Positions 47,169 through 55,932 of a DNA stretch of 64,000 bases are shown here, one piece after another. How positions within the stretch are numbered: position 1 is the first letter of the stretch; every line of letters starts with the position of its first letter. The stretch is from an uncultured Candidatus Saccharibacteria bacterium (GTDB taxonomy: Bacteria > Patescibacteriota > Minisyncoccia > Phycocordibacterales > UBA3531). Below the pieces are notes generated by a model. It ran no database searches and had not been told where the DNA came from. It saw only the letters and a program-made list of their open reading frames with translations. The position numbers and the translations under genes were made by a program. The DNA lies in assembly GCA_964361405.1 (NCBI GenBank), contig CAYIAA010000003.1, positions 4,146-68,145 of the forward strand. Direction: 5' to 3'.

Positions 47169-48722
47169 ATGAAAACATTTCTGGTGATAAGTGTACTTGT
47201 TGTGGTCGTCGTCCTCGGTGGTGCAATTTTTCTCTTAAGCACTATGGGGGGAGGGTCAAATATACTTGGTCCTCTCGGTGATTTCTTTCCTATTTCCGGG
47301 CAAGAAGACATACCTACCTCGGAAAATGTGCCCGGCGATGGGACAGATGAAGTCGACTCCCCCTTGGGGAATGACAGTGAAGGGTGGAGTGTTTCCCTTC
47401 CGTATCGGAAAATCACCGATAGGGAAATTGTCGGCTACACGATTATATCTAATTCGAAGGGTGAAAAACTTCGATATCTTGAACGCGGCACAGGCCATAT
47501 TTATGATTATGCTCTCCCAAGTCGCGAAGAATCGAAGGTTTCAAATAAGACCATCACCCGGGTGCAGGAGGTGCTCTGGGGTACGGGTGGAGAGTCATTC
47601 ATTGTGCGGCAAAGCCCTGATACGAGAGGTATTGTGAAAAATATTTCCTTTGCCTTTGAAGTTGAAGATGGGGTTCGGGATAATACCGCGGGACCACTTA
47701 TTATTATGAGCACTCTCGGAGTAGGGGACACGGGGCCCGACGTACTCTCACTCCAAAGAATACTCAACATGAGTGAATCAACTCAAATCGCTTCTTCCGG
47801 GCAAGGTTCACCGGGGGCGGAAACTATGTACTACGGGTCGCTCACTGCATCCGCCGTAAAAAAGTTTCAGGCGCTCCACACCACCCCGGCCGAGCCGACG
47901 GGTGTCCTTGATGAGGAAACGCGCGCACAATTGAACGAGGTAGCAAAAAACGAGTATGACAGGGGGTTTGGGTCCTCCGGAGAAGTGGAGGGTGAAACAC
48001 CCCTCGAGGCCCTTGAATTACCCAGTATTCAGGAAATTACTCTTTCTCCCCGTGGAAACCAGATATTCTATATCGCCAGAGAAAATGATTCTGCGGTCGG
48101 CCGCACTGCGGATTTGAAAAATAAAGGGGTGCGACGTGTGTATCAATCGCCCTTCGGTGAATGGAGTGTTAGTTGGCTACAGGAAAATACGGTCGCGCTC
48201 ACGACCAAACCATCCGAATCGGTCCTTGGATATCTCTATTTCTTGAACATCTCCTCGGGTTTACTCACTCCAATCTTAAAAGACATTCTTGGATTAACAG
48301 CACTTGTCGATCCGGGGTCTCTTAACCTGATCTATTCCGAAAAAGCAAAAATAGGAAATGGACTCTTCATGTACTTCTTCAATCGGGCTAACCGTACGAC
48401 GTCAATCCTCCCCATTCAAACACTCCCCGAGAAATGCGTCTGGAGCAAAAAGACTGCGGGACTCATTTACTGCGGAGTTCCCAACACCCTCCCAGGAGGA
48501 GAGTACCCAGACTCGTGGTACCGGGGCGAGATACGCTTCTCTGATAGTATTTGGGGCGTGCGTACACAGGAAAGTGAACACCAGCTCATCTGGAATCCCA
48601 AAGAAGAAACTCTCTCTCAAGATATCGACCTCATGGTTCCACTTCTCAACTCGGACGAGACCACGCTCTTCTTTATGAACAAGCGCGACGCATCACTTTG
48701 GTCGCTTGACCTAGACAAGTAA
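47169..48722 (+). CDS. Membrane-anchored protein with peptidoglycan-binding-like domain
   Basis: N-terminal TM segment; LSLQRILN...YYGSLTASAVKKFQ resembles PG_binding_1. Confidence 0.55.
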   Translation: MKTFLVISVLVVVVVLGGAIFLLSTMGGGSNILGPLGDFFPISGQEDIPTSENVPGDGTDEVDSPLGNDSEGWSVSLPYRKITDREIVGYTIISNSKGEKLRYLERGTGHIYDYALPSREESKVSNKTITRVQEVLWGTGGESFIVRQSPDTRGIVKNISFAFEVEDGVRDNTAGPLIIMSTLGVGDTGPDVLSLQRILNMSESTQIASSGQGSPGAETMYYGSLTASAVKKFQALHTTPAEPTGVLDEETRAQLNEVAKNEYDRGFGSSGEVEGETPLEALELPSIQEITLSPRGNQIFYIARENDSAVGRTADLKNKGVRRVYQSPFGEWSVSWLQENTVALTTKPSESVLGYLYFLNISSGLLTPILKDILGLTALVDPGSLNLIYSEKAKIGNGLFMYFFNRANRTTSILPIQTLPEKCVWSKKTAGLIYCGVPNTLPGGEYPDSWYRGEIRFSDSIWGVRTQESEHQLIWNPKEETLSQDIDLMVPLLNSDETTLFFMNKRDASLWSLDLDK

Positions 48723-49451
48723 TTTCTTCGCCCGTCTCTTTACGAGAAGTTCGTGACTAATGGAAAATAGATTGCTGGTACACCAGTAAAGCGGGACTGC
48801 GGCTGGAAACCCGATAGAGACGAAAAAAACTACCCCCGGCAATACATAGCGCATCTGAAAACCCATACTTCTCTTGATTTCATCTCCAAATGAAAGATTC
48901 CCTTGGGATTCTTCCCGTGGTGGGGTCGGCGGGAATGACAGTTTGATCTGAACAAACTGCGACAGTGCGGCAAGGACAGCAAGAATAAGGCTTTTTTCAC
49001 GTATATCAAGTATGCCGAGAAATATAAAATTAACGCTGGGCAAGGAAATAAAGGAATACAGATTCTCGGCGATAAGACTGCCGCCGGCAAGCCCCTTCCA
49101 AAATACCCAGTAGAGAGCGATAATGACGGGAAATTGGATGAGGGCGCTCGCACACCCGGAGAGCGGGTTAATGCCGTGCTCTTTGTAAAGATTCATCATC
49201 GCGCGGGCTTGCTCCTCTTGATTCCCGCTGTGTCGTTCTCGCAATCGTTTAATCTCCGGGTCAATACGCCGAAGAGTTTGCTGGGTCTTTACTGATTTAT
49301 GAGCAAGCGGCAAGAGGGCTCCGCGTACAATGAGCGTGAGGAAGATAATTGCAATCCCAACGTCGCCTCCCGGAACAATTGTCACGACAAGAACAAGCGC
49401 GTTATAGAGCGGCTCGTAGAAAACGGTGGAAAAAAATTCTCCAAAGCTCAT
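48711..49451 (-). CDS. yidC: Membrane protein insertase YidC (short form)
   Basis: ...RGALLPLAHKSVKTQQTLRRIDPEIKRLRERHSGNQEEQARAMMNLYKEHGINPLSGC... is a YidC/Oxa1 core. Confidence 0.85.
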   Translation of the reverse strand: MSFGEFFSTVFYEPLYNALVLVVTIVPGGDVGIAIIFLTLIVRGALLPLAHKSVKTQQTLRRIDPEIKRLRERHSGNQEEQARAMMNLYKEHGINPLSGCASALIQFPVIIALYWVFWKGLAGGSLIAENLYSFISLPSVNFIFLGILDIREKSLILAVLAALSQFVQIKLSFPPTPPREESQGNLSFGDEIKRSMGFQMRYVLPGVVFFVSIGFPAAVPLYWCTSNLFSISHELLVKRRAKKLLV

Positions 49452-49699
49452 GGTGTTTTCCTATCAACTGCGCAATTGGGAAAATAATCAACGCGCGGCT
49501 CTTGCCATGGGTGACAGCGCATAATCCGGAGAAAAGCATAAAGCGTGCCTTTCAAAAAACCTGTATTTTGAATTGCGTCTACCGCATACTGCGAACATGA
49601 TGGGTAGTACATACAACTCCACTTACCACTTCCAAACCCCGTCCGCGGAGAAAAAAATTCTTGGTACACCTTGATGGCGCCAACCGCGATAACCTTCAT
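49448..49699 (-). CDS. yidD: Membrane protein insertion efficiency factor YidD
   Basis: CMYYPSCSQYA motif. Confidence 0.8.
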   Translation of the reverse strand: MKVIAVGAIKVYQEFFSPRTGFGSGKWSCMYYPSCSQYAVDAIQNTGFLKGTLYAFLRIMRCHPWQEPRVDYFPNCAVDRKTP

Positions 49700-50043
49700 T
49701 GATCTATTGTATGTAACATTGAGAGAAGTTCTTCGCGTAGTACTGTGAAGGGGAGTGTGAGAGCTCCTGGTTTAAAGAAAAACATATACCGCAATGATTT
49801 TTTATTTTTAGGAAGGATGTCTTTTAGTATAGCCCTTGCTCTGCGTTTCAGTAAGTGCCGGTCAACTGATTTTTTATAGTATTTTACAGGAACAACGATG
49901 ATAATTTCGTCGATCTTAAGCTTTGGGTCTTTGGTGAGAGAAAACCCCATGTGTGTAGAGGTAAATCGCCGTGTGTAGAGAGGAGGGGGTCTAACCGCAC
50001 CCGCTCGAATCCCTTGGGTTCTTGGGGTCCCGGGCTTGTGCAT
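49696..50043 (-). CDS. rnpA: Ribonuclease P protein component
   Basis: KKSVDRHLLKRRARAIL motif; 12 nt downstream of rpmH. Confidence 0.75.
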   Translation of the reverse strand: MHKPGTPRTQGIRAGAVRPPPLYTRRFTSTHMGFSLTKDPKLKIDEIIIVVPVKYYKKSVDRHLLKRRARAILKDILPKNKKSLRYMFFFKPGALTLPFTVLREELLSMLHTIDQ

Positions 50044-50055
50044 TTAACGATTAAA

Positions 50056-50190
50056 TTAAACCGAAAGACGGCTTCGGTTCTTTCTCCTTCTCCTTTTTAA
50101 AACATTTCTACCGTTTTTTGTTTTACTGCGAACTAAAAAACCGTGGGTTTTTGCTCTTTTCCTTTTTTTGGGTTGATACGTTGTTGACAT
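50056..50190 (-). CDS. rpmH: 50S ribosomal protein L34 (below the ORF-track size cutoff)
   Basis: My own translation gives [44 protein letters not shown] (44 aa). Confidence 0.8.
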   Translation of the reverse strand: MSTTYQPKKRKRAKTHGFLVRSKTKNGRNVLKRRRRKNRSRLSV

Positions 50191-50208
50191 GATAAAGCAG
50201 TGTATAAT
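50184..50208 (+). promoter_or_regulatory. Candidate dnaA promoter (TTGACA ... TATAAT)
   Basis: TTGACA at 50184-50189 and TATAAT at 50203-50208 with a short 13-nt spacer (alternatively TTGTTG at 50181 gives 16 nt); lies opposite the rpmH start. Confidence 0.3.
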
Positions 50209-50349
50209 AGCTGATGCGGGAAATCAACTTGTTGTTCTTTTTTCGGTTTTCTGGTCTAGCACACTTCTCCACATAAAGAATCCCCTTTTTACTCACAGAT
50301 TTTCACTCTTCTTTGAGTTGAGTGCGGGCACTATAATCTTTCTACGTAT

Positions 50350-51750
50350 ATGCACGCAAGCGATTACTATAAACCCCTTGATGACGCCGGTGGACTTTGG
50401 GAGAGAGCGCTTATTGAAATAGGGCTCTCTGTCTCAAAAGCAAACTTCAGCACGTGGTTTAAAAACACCGCAATCTCAAAAAAAGACGAGGGTGTAATTA
50501 TTCTTTCGGTACCAAATGCATTCGTTAAAGACTGGTTGAGCAATAAATTCCACAAACACATCCTTCGTGCGCTTCGCAACATAGCTCCTGAAGTTCGGAG
50601 TATTGAGTATATCATCGCACACTCCGTTCCTGCCAACCGAGAACCTGTGGGGCGAATAGAGCCTCCAGTTCTATACTCGGAACAACTTCGGATGAGCGAG
50701 CTCGACGCAAACCACGAAACTGGTTTGAACCCTAAATACGTTTTCAACTCATTTGTCGTTGGGCCGTTTAACGAGCTTGCCCACTCTGCCGCACAAGCGG
50801 TGATTAAAAATCCTGGCGTCAGCTATAACCCACTCTTTATTTACGCGGGGACAGGTTTAGGAAAAACACATCTAATACAGGCGATTGGAAATCAGATTAA
50901 AAAAACGGATCCGGGGAAAAGCGTCTATTACCTGACGTCTGAAAAATTCACACTCGATTACATCGAGTCGGTCCAAAACAACAAGATGTATCTCTTTAAG
51001 GAAAAATACAGAAAGTATGATTGCCTCATTATGGACGACATACAGTTTGTCGCAGGGAAAGAGCGTACACAAGAAGAACTTTTTCACCTTTTCAACAATC
51101 TCTATAACAGCAACAAACAGATTATTTTTTCTTCCGATAAGGCGCCAAAATACATCACCTCAATAGAAAGCAGGCTTCGGTCTCGGTTTGAGGGGGGGAT
51201 GATTGTTGACATCTCACACCCAGATTTCGAGTCCCGGTTCGCTATACTCAAATCAAAGCTCAAGGAGCTTGAGTTTGCGCCGTCTGATGCGGTGGTTGAG
51301 TATATTGCTTCAGCTATCCAAGATAATATCCGAGAGCTTGAGGGAGCTCTTAACTCGGTCATTTGTCAATCACAACTAAAAAGGAGAAATCTAAATGTTC
51401 AGGAGATAAAAACCCTTATTAAAAACAACATTAAACCCAAGAGAACTATTTCAGTGAAAGAAGTGATTAAAACGGTAGCGCAATTTTATAACATTGAAGA
51501 GCGCTCTTTATATGAAAAAACTCGAAGGAAAGAGATTGTGAAACCACGGCAAGTGATAATGTATATTTTACGGGAAGACTTCAACACTTCATACCCGTAT
51601 ATCGGCCAAAAACTCGGTGGGAGAGATCATACTACTGTTATCCATGCATATGAAAAAATTAAAAAAGACCTCCGTGGTGACTCGCTTTTAGTACAAGAAC
51701 TCGATCAAATAAAAATCTTATTAAATAACGCCGAACCAGTTGGTGTATAA
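50350..51750 (+). CDS. dnaA: Chromosomal replication initiator protein DnaA
   Basis: Domains I-IV with AAA+ Walker A GTGLGKTHL and a C-terminal DnaA-box-binding helix-turn-helix. Confidence 0.95.
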   Translation: MHASDYYKPLDDAGGLWERALIEIGLSVSKANFSTWFKNTAISKKDEGVIILSVPNAFVKDWLSNKFHKHILRALRNIAPEVRSIEYIIAHSVPANREPVGRIEPPVLYSEQLRMSELDANHETGLNPKYVFNSFVVGPFNELAHSAAQAVIKNPGVSYNPLFIYAGTGLGKTHLIQAIGNQIKKTDPGKSVYYLTSEKFTLDYIESVQNNKMYLFKEKYRKYDCLIMDDIQFVAGKERTQEELFHLFNNLYNSNKQIIFSSDKAPKYITSIESRLRSRFEGGMIVDISHPDFESRFAILKSKLKELEFAPSDAVVEYIASAIQDNIRELEGALNSVICQSQLKRRNLNVQEIKTLIKNNIKPKRTISVKEVIKTVAQFYNIEERSLYEKTRRKEIVKPRQVIMYILREDFNTSYPYIGQKLGGRDHTTVIHAYEKIKKDLRGDSLLVQELDQIKILLNNAEPVGV

Positions 51751-51962
51751 CCAGTCAACTTCTTGTGTATAATTTTTTATCTATTAATAAAAAGCTCATC
51801 AGTTTTTTATTAACAACAGATTTTCCAGAACTTACCAACACCCTTGTTGGTAAAATATCAAACCAATACCTCATATAATGTACTTTTCCACTTATACACA
51901 ACCATAATAATAATTAATCTTTCTTAATTAAATAAACTTAATTAATTTACACACCACTTTGT
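51741..51962. other. Candidate oriC (DnaA-box-like repeats plus AT-rich unwinding element) in the dnaA-dnaN spacer
   Basis: 8-mer TTATACAC (consensus TTATCCAC, 1 mismatch) at 51743-50(-), 51765-72(-) and 51892-99(+); 40-nt AT-only stretch at 51912-51950. Confidence 0.4.
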
Positions 51963-53063
51963 ATGAAAGTTGAATGTTTTAGAAAAAAATTACTTGACTG
52001 TATTCTCCTCTCCGGACGTATCGCAAGTAAAGATTCTACCCTCCCTACACTTAATGCAATTCTTTTTAGTGCTAACGGATCATCACTTAAACTAAGAGCG
52101 ACAAATCTCGATGCCGGTATTGAGTTTGATATACCAGCGAAAGTTCAAAAACAAGGGTCTGTGTTAGTTCCTAGTGATGTTATAGGAGGTTTTCTTAGTG
52201 CTCTTGAGGGGGATGAGTTTGTAAAACTTGAGGTGGTGGAAAAAAACCTTTCAATTACAACAAAACACAACTCAACACTTTTACACTCTTACCCCGTAGA
52301 TGATTTTCCTAACTTACCCCCACTAGAACCAACACACACCTTTGAGATTGATACTAAAGAACTGGTTGGGTGTATTAAGTCTGTGTGGTATAGCACCTCA
52401 ACATCTGACATAAAACCAGAACTTGCAAGTGTACTTATTTATCCACACCACAATACGTTAGTATTTGTGGCCACAGATTCGTTTCGTTTGGCTGAAAAAA
52501 AGACAGCACTTGAACCCCCCCAACAATTTCCCCCAATACTCATACCGTACAAAATTGCATCCGAAGTAACCCGCATGTTTGAGGGTATTGATGGTTTTGT
52601 TTCTGTGCGATTTAACAAAAACCAAATTTCTTTTTCAACGCAGGGTATTTACTTTACTTCCCGACTTACTGACGGTGTATTTCCTAACTACCAACAAATT
52701 ATTGTCTCGACGTTTAAAACAGAAGCCGTTGTTTTAAAAAACGATCTCCAATCATCATTGAAAATTGCCCATATTTTTCTCAATAAATTGAATAAAGTTG
52801 ATCTTAAAATCTCAAAAGAAGACAAACTATTTGAAATTGTCTCGCGTGGGGGGAATGTTGGGGAAAACACTAGCACAATTTCCGCCGCGATTGAGGGAGA
52901 AGATATTGAGATGAGTTTCAACCACCGATATGTGTTTGAAGTTTTTCAATCAATAGGGGAGGACAGTGTGGTACTTAAATTTAATAGCCCAACAAAACCA
53001 ATGGTAATTGAGGGAGTGGGGAATAAGACATTTACGTACTTGGTTATGCCTATGAACCGTTGA
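51963..53063 (+). CDS. dnaN: DNA polymerase III beta sliding clamp
   Basis: 366 aa with the three-domain clamp pattern. Confidence 0.95.
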   Translation: MKVECFRKKLLDCILLSGRIASKDSTLPTLNAILFSANGSSLKLRATNLDAGIEFDIPAKVQKQGSVLVPSDVIGGFLSALEGDEFVKLEVVEKNLSITTKHNSTLLHSYPVDDFPNLPPLEPTHTFEIDTKELVGCIKSVWYSTSTSDIKPELASVLIYPHHNTLVFVATDSFRLAEKKTALEPPQQFPPILIPYKIASEVTRMFEGIDGFVSVRFNKNQISFSTQGIYFTSRLTDGVFPNYQQIIVSTFKTEAVVLKNDLQSSLKIAHIFLNKLNKVDLKISKEDKLFEIVSRGGNVGENTSTISAAIEGEDIEMSFNHRYVFEVFQSIGEDSVVLKFNSPTKPMVIEGVGNKTFTYLVMPMNR

Positions 53064-53064
53064 T

Positions 53065-53331
53065 ATGTCGTGGACAGGAATTGGGCATTATTTATCGAGA
53101 TTTAGACAATTTCACCCACCAGAAGATACTGTACAGATTCGATGCGCTGAAGTTTTAAGTCGGGCACTAGGAGTCATTATTTCTTCCGAAAATATCTCGA
53201 TTAAGAATCACTGTCTTTATGTTCAAAAAATCGACAGTGTAACGAAAGGCGAAGTGTATCTTAAAAAAGAGAGTTTACTCAGACTGATTCGAACAGAACT
53301 CGGGAGTGGGGTAGTCACCAATATTAAATAG
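53065..53331 (+). CDS. Small DUF721-like (possible DciA-type) protein after dnaN
   Basis: 88 aa; its position after dnaN and the LYVQKIDSVTKGEV pattern resemble DUF721; weak. Confidence 0.3.
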   Translation: MSWTGIGHYLSRFRQFHPPEDTVQIRCAEVLSRALGVIISSENISIKNHCLYVQKIDSVTKGEVYLKKESLLRLIRTELGSGVVTNIK

Positions 53332-55870
53332 TGATAGTAATAGGAATTCTTGATTCCCCTTGATTGCGTACCGAATCAAAGACACGAATGAGGAGCTCGC
53401 CAACTCCTGGAGAAACACCACTCTCATTTGGTACAAAGGAGAAAGCTGACGCAATTCCCGTTCTTGACCCAAGAAACACGCCATTTAGGTAGTAATCGGT
53501 TTGTGTAATTGGAAACTTTCCAACCGCATTTACACTGACCAAGATTGTTTCGTTTTCTCCAAACGAAGCCCCACCCAGAGGCTTTATAACACTCACCCTT
53601 GGTGTGTTGTCGGGCGTGTGTATGTCATCAGTCTCTTTAGGGATGGTGTCTTTTGTTTCATCAACAATACCGTGATCGAATGCCCACTTTCTCACCCACG
53701 GCTCCCAGAGATTGAACTGCGGATCATCCACAGGATTCCCGGGTCGACCGCCACGGGGGTTTGATTTATCGAGCCAGTAAAGAATCGAGTGAACCTCGGT
53801 TACCACATGCTCTTCGCGGACCTCTGGCGGCGTATATTCGGTTGCCAGTTTCTTAGAGACTTTATCTAGGAAGTAGTTTTCTCCACCCCGCCACATCCCC
53901 CGGAGCACGGGTTTCAAACTCTCGTACCCGGGGTCTTGTTCGGGCGCGGAAAATTTTTCGACCGGAAGAGATGGTAAAATAGCGTCCATAAAAGCCCTCC
54001 ACATCGGAGCAATAATGAAACCGGCGACACGTTTTTCCATTGACGAGCCATCGTTGTTCCCTGCCCAAGTACCAACAACAAGGCTAGGTGTGTAGCCCAC
54101 AGTCCAAACATCTTGGTAATAATTTGTAGTACCTGTTTTTGCGGCGACTTGGCGCTCGGGGACATAGAGAGGGGAAGCATCGCCGAAGGCGGGTGCGCGC
54201 GCCCGGTTGTCGGAGAGGATATCGCTTATCTGCCGAGCGATGTTTTCGTCTACAGCACGCTCGGGCCGAAGGTCGAATACTTCAATAGTTGCGCCGTTTT
54301 GGTCTTTAACTTCGATAATCGGTATGGAGATATTTCGTATTCCATCGTTTGCAAACACACCATATGCACCAGTGAGCTCAAGGAGCGTCACCTCGCCTCC
54401 TCCCAAGACGAGTGTGAGTCCGTAGCGATTTGGGTCGGTAAGTGTGGTAATACCCATATCTCGAGCTGTCTCAAGCGATTCTTTAATACCAGCGAGGTAA
54501 AGTACTTTGACCGCCGGCACGTTAATTGACTGAGCAAGGGCGTTTCGGAATGTTATGGGGCCACGAAATATGTCGTCGAAATTTCCCGGCGTGTAGCACG
54601 CCTCCGGGCTCGCATTGCCGAGGGGGACACCTTCTGGTGTGCACTCTGTCGAGAACTGTGTCTGTACATCAAACACAATTGTCTCAGGTGTGTATCCACG
54701 CTTAAACGCCGTAGCGTAGACGAAAGGTTTGAAAGCGGATCCGGGTTGGCGATGACCGAGAGTGACGTTAAAATTTCCTTCCCCCTCGATGTCGAAGTAA
54801 TTTCTTGACCCGACCATTGCGAGAATATGACCCGTTTTCGGGTCTATAGCCACAAGCCCAGCGTTCTTTGCGTTAAAAGTTTCTGCATTTATCGCGCCGA
54901 AGCGCGTGACAACCTCTTCTGCTTTCTTTTGCATTTCCCAGTCCAGGGTTGTGATGACCTTAAATCCTCCGGTTTCCACCGCTTCAACTCCATAACGGTC
55001 CTCAAGGTGTTCCCGGACGAACATCACAAAGTGCGGGGCCTTAATACCTTTTTCTTGAGGTGGGAGAAAGGTAACTTGTTCAAGGCGCGCTCTATTTCTT
55101 TCACTCTCCGAGATAAAACCAAGCTCCACCATTCGACCGAGGATGATGTTCTTCCTTTCAAGGAGCTTTGGCACATGCTCCCCGTGTGGAGAATAGTAGG
55201 TTGGTGCTTTGGGGAGTGCGGCGAGGTAGCTGGCTTCGGCAAGTGAAACATCAGTAGCACTCTTTCCAAAAAAAGCCTGACTCGCTTCCTCGACCCCATA
55301 CACACTCCCACCATACGGCGCGTCGTTTAGGTAAAGAGTAAGGATGTCGTCCTTCGACATCAACTTCTCGAGTTTCAAAGCAAGTACCGCTTCTTTAATC
55401 TTCCTCGAGAGTTTTTTCTCTTTACTGAGTAACGTATTCTTAATCACCTGTTGGGTGATAGTCGATCCGCCCTGCTCCACCCTCACTGAAACCAGATTCA
55501 CGAGGAAAGCGCGAAATATTGCGGTTACCCGAACACCACGGTGTTCGTAGAATTCGGAGTCTTCAATTGCAACCGTCGCATTCCGTATATGGAGGGAGAT
55601 TTCTTCATAGGGGATAATGCGCCGCTTAATCTGCCCGTGAATATCATAAAGAAGTATTTCACCGGTACGGTCGTATATTTTCGTTGATTGCGCAATCTTA
55701 CGCTCCTCAAACGTTTCAAAGTCTGGCAGGGGAAGTGCTGATACCCAGAGGATAAACCAACCTGCAAAAAAAATAAGAAGCGCTCCGAAAATGACAGCAA
55801 GGTGAGAAATTTGTTTTTGCAGGACCCGCTTTCTTTTCAGGCCTTTTAGGTTTTGACTCATATGCGCCAT
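53324..55870 (-). CDS. Bifunctional class A penicillin-binding protein (glycosyltransferase + transpeptidase) with C-terminal beta-sandwich extension
   Basis: N-terminal TM segment; GT51 motif EDSEFYEHRGV; transpeptidase SxxK/SxN/KTG pattern. Confidence 0.9.
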   Translation of the reverse strand: MAHMSQNLKGLKRKRVLQKQISHLAVIFGALLIFFAGWFILWVSALPLPDFETFEERKIAQSTKIYDRTGEILLYDIHGQIKRRIIPYEEISLHIRNATVAIEDSEFYEHRGVRVTAIFRAFLVNLVSVRVEQGGSTITQQVIKNTLLSKEKKLSRKIKEAVLALKLEKLMSKDDILTLYLNDAPYGGSVYGVEEASQAFFGKSATDVSLAEASYLAALPKAPTYYSPHGEHVPKLLERKNIILGRMVELGFISESERNRARLEQVTFLPPQEKGIKAPHFVMFVREHLEDRYGVEAVETGGFKVITTLDWEMQKKAEEVVTRFGAINAETFNAKNAGLVAIDPKTGHILAMVGSRNYFDIEGEGNFNVTLGHRQPGSAFKPFVYATAFKRGYTPETIVFDVQTQFSTECTPEGVPLGNASPEACYTPGNFDDIFRGPITFRNALAQSINVPAVKVLYLAGIKESLETARDMGITTLTDPNRYGLTLVLGGGEVTLLELTGAYGVFANDGIRNISIPIIEVKDQNGATIEVFDLRPERAVDENIARQISDILSDNRARAPAFGDASPLYVPERQVAAKTGTTNYYQDVWTVGYTPSLVVGTWAGNNDGSSMEKRVAGFIIAPMWRAFMDAILPSLPVEKFSAPEQDPGYESLKPVLRGMWRGGENYFLDKVSKKLATEYTPPEVREEHVVTEVHSILYWLDKSNPRGGRPGNPVDDPQFNLWEPWVRKWAFDHGIVDETKDTIPKETDDIHTPDNTPRVSVIKPLGGASFGENETILVSVNAVGKFPITQTDYYLNGVFLGSRTGIASAFSFVPNESGVSPGVGELLIRVFDSVRNQGESRIPITITI

Positions 55871-55932
55871 TTATTTTAGCACAAGATTCGTGAGTCAAGA
55901 CAAATAAAAAAAGTTGTGGTAAAGTACGGAGC

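Noticed and set aside
49950-50043. L34-like resemblance (PRTQGIRAG) in the N-terminal extension of the rnpA ORF, suggesting a fused or frameshifted rpmH
   Set aside because: A bona fide rpmH was found immediately upstream at 50056-50190, so the resemblance is coincidental.
50189-50422. 77-aa plus-strand ORF upstream of dnaA
   Set aside because: It overlaps rpmH on the opposite strand and the dnaA promoter region and start. It is hydrophobic nonsense.
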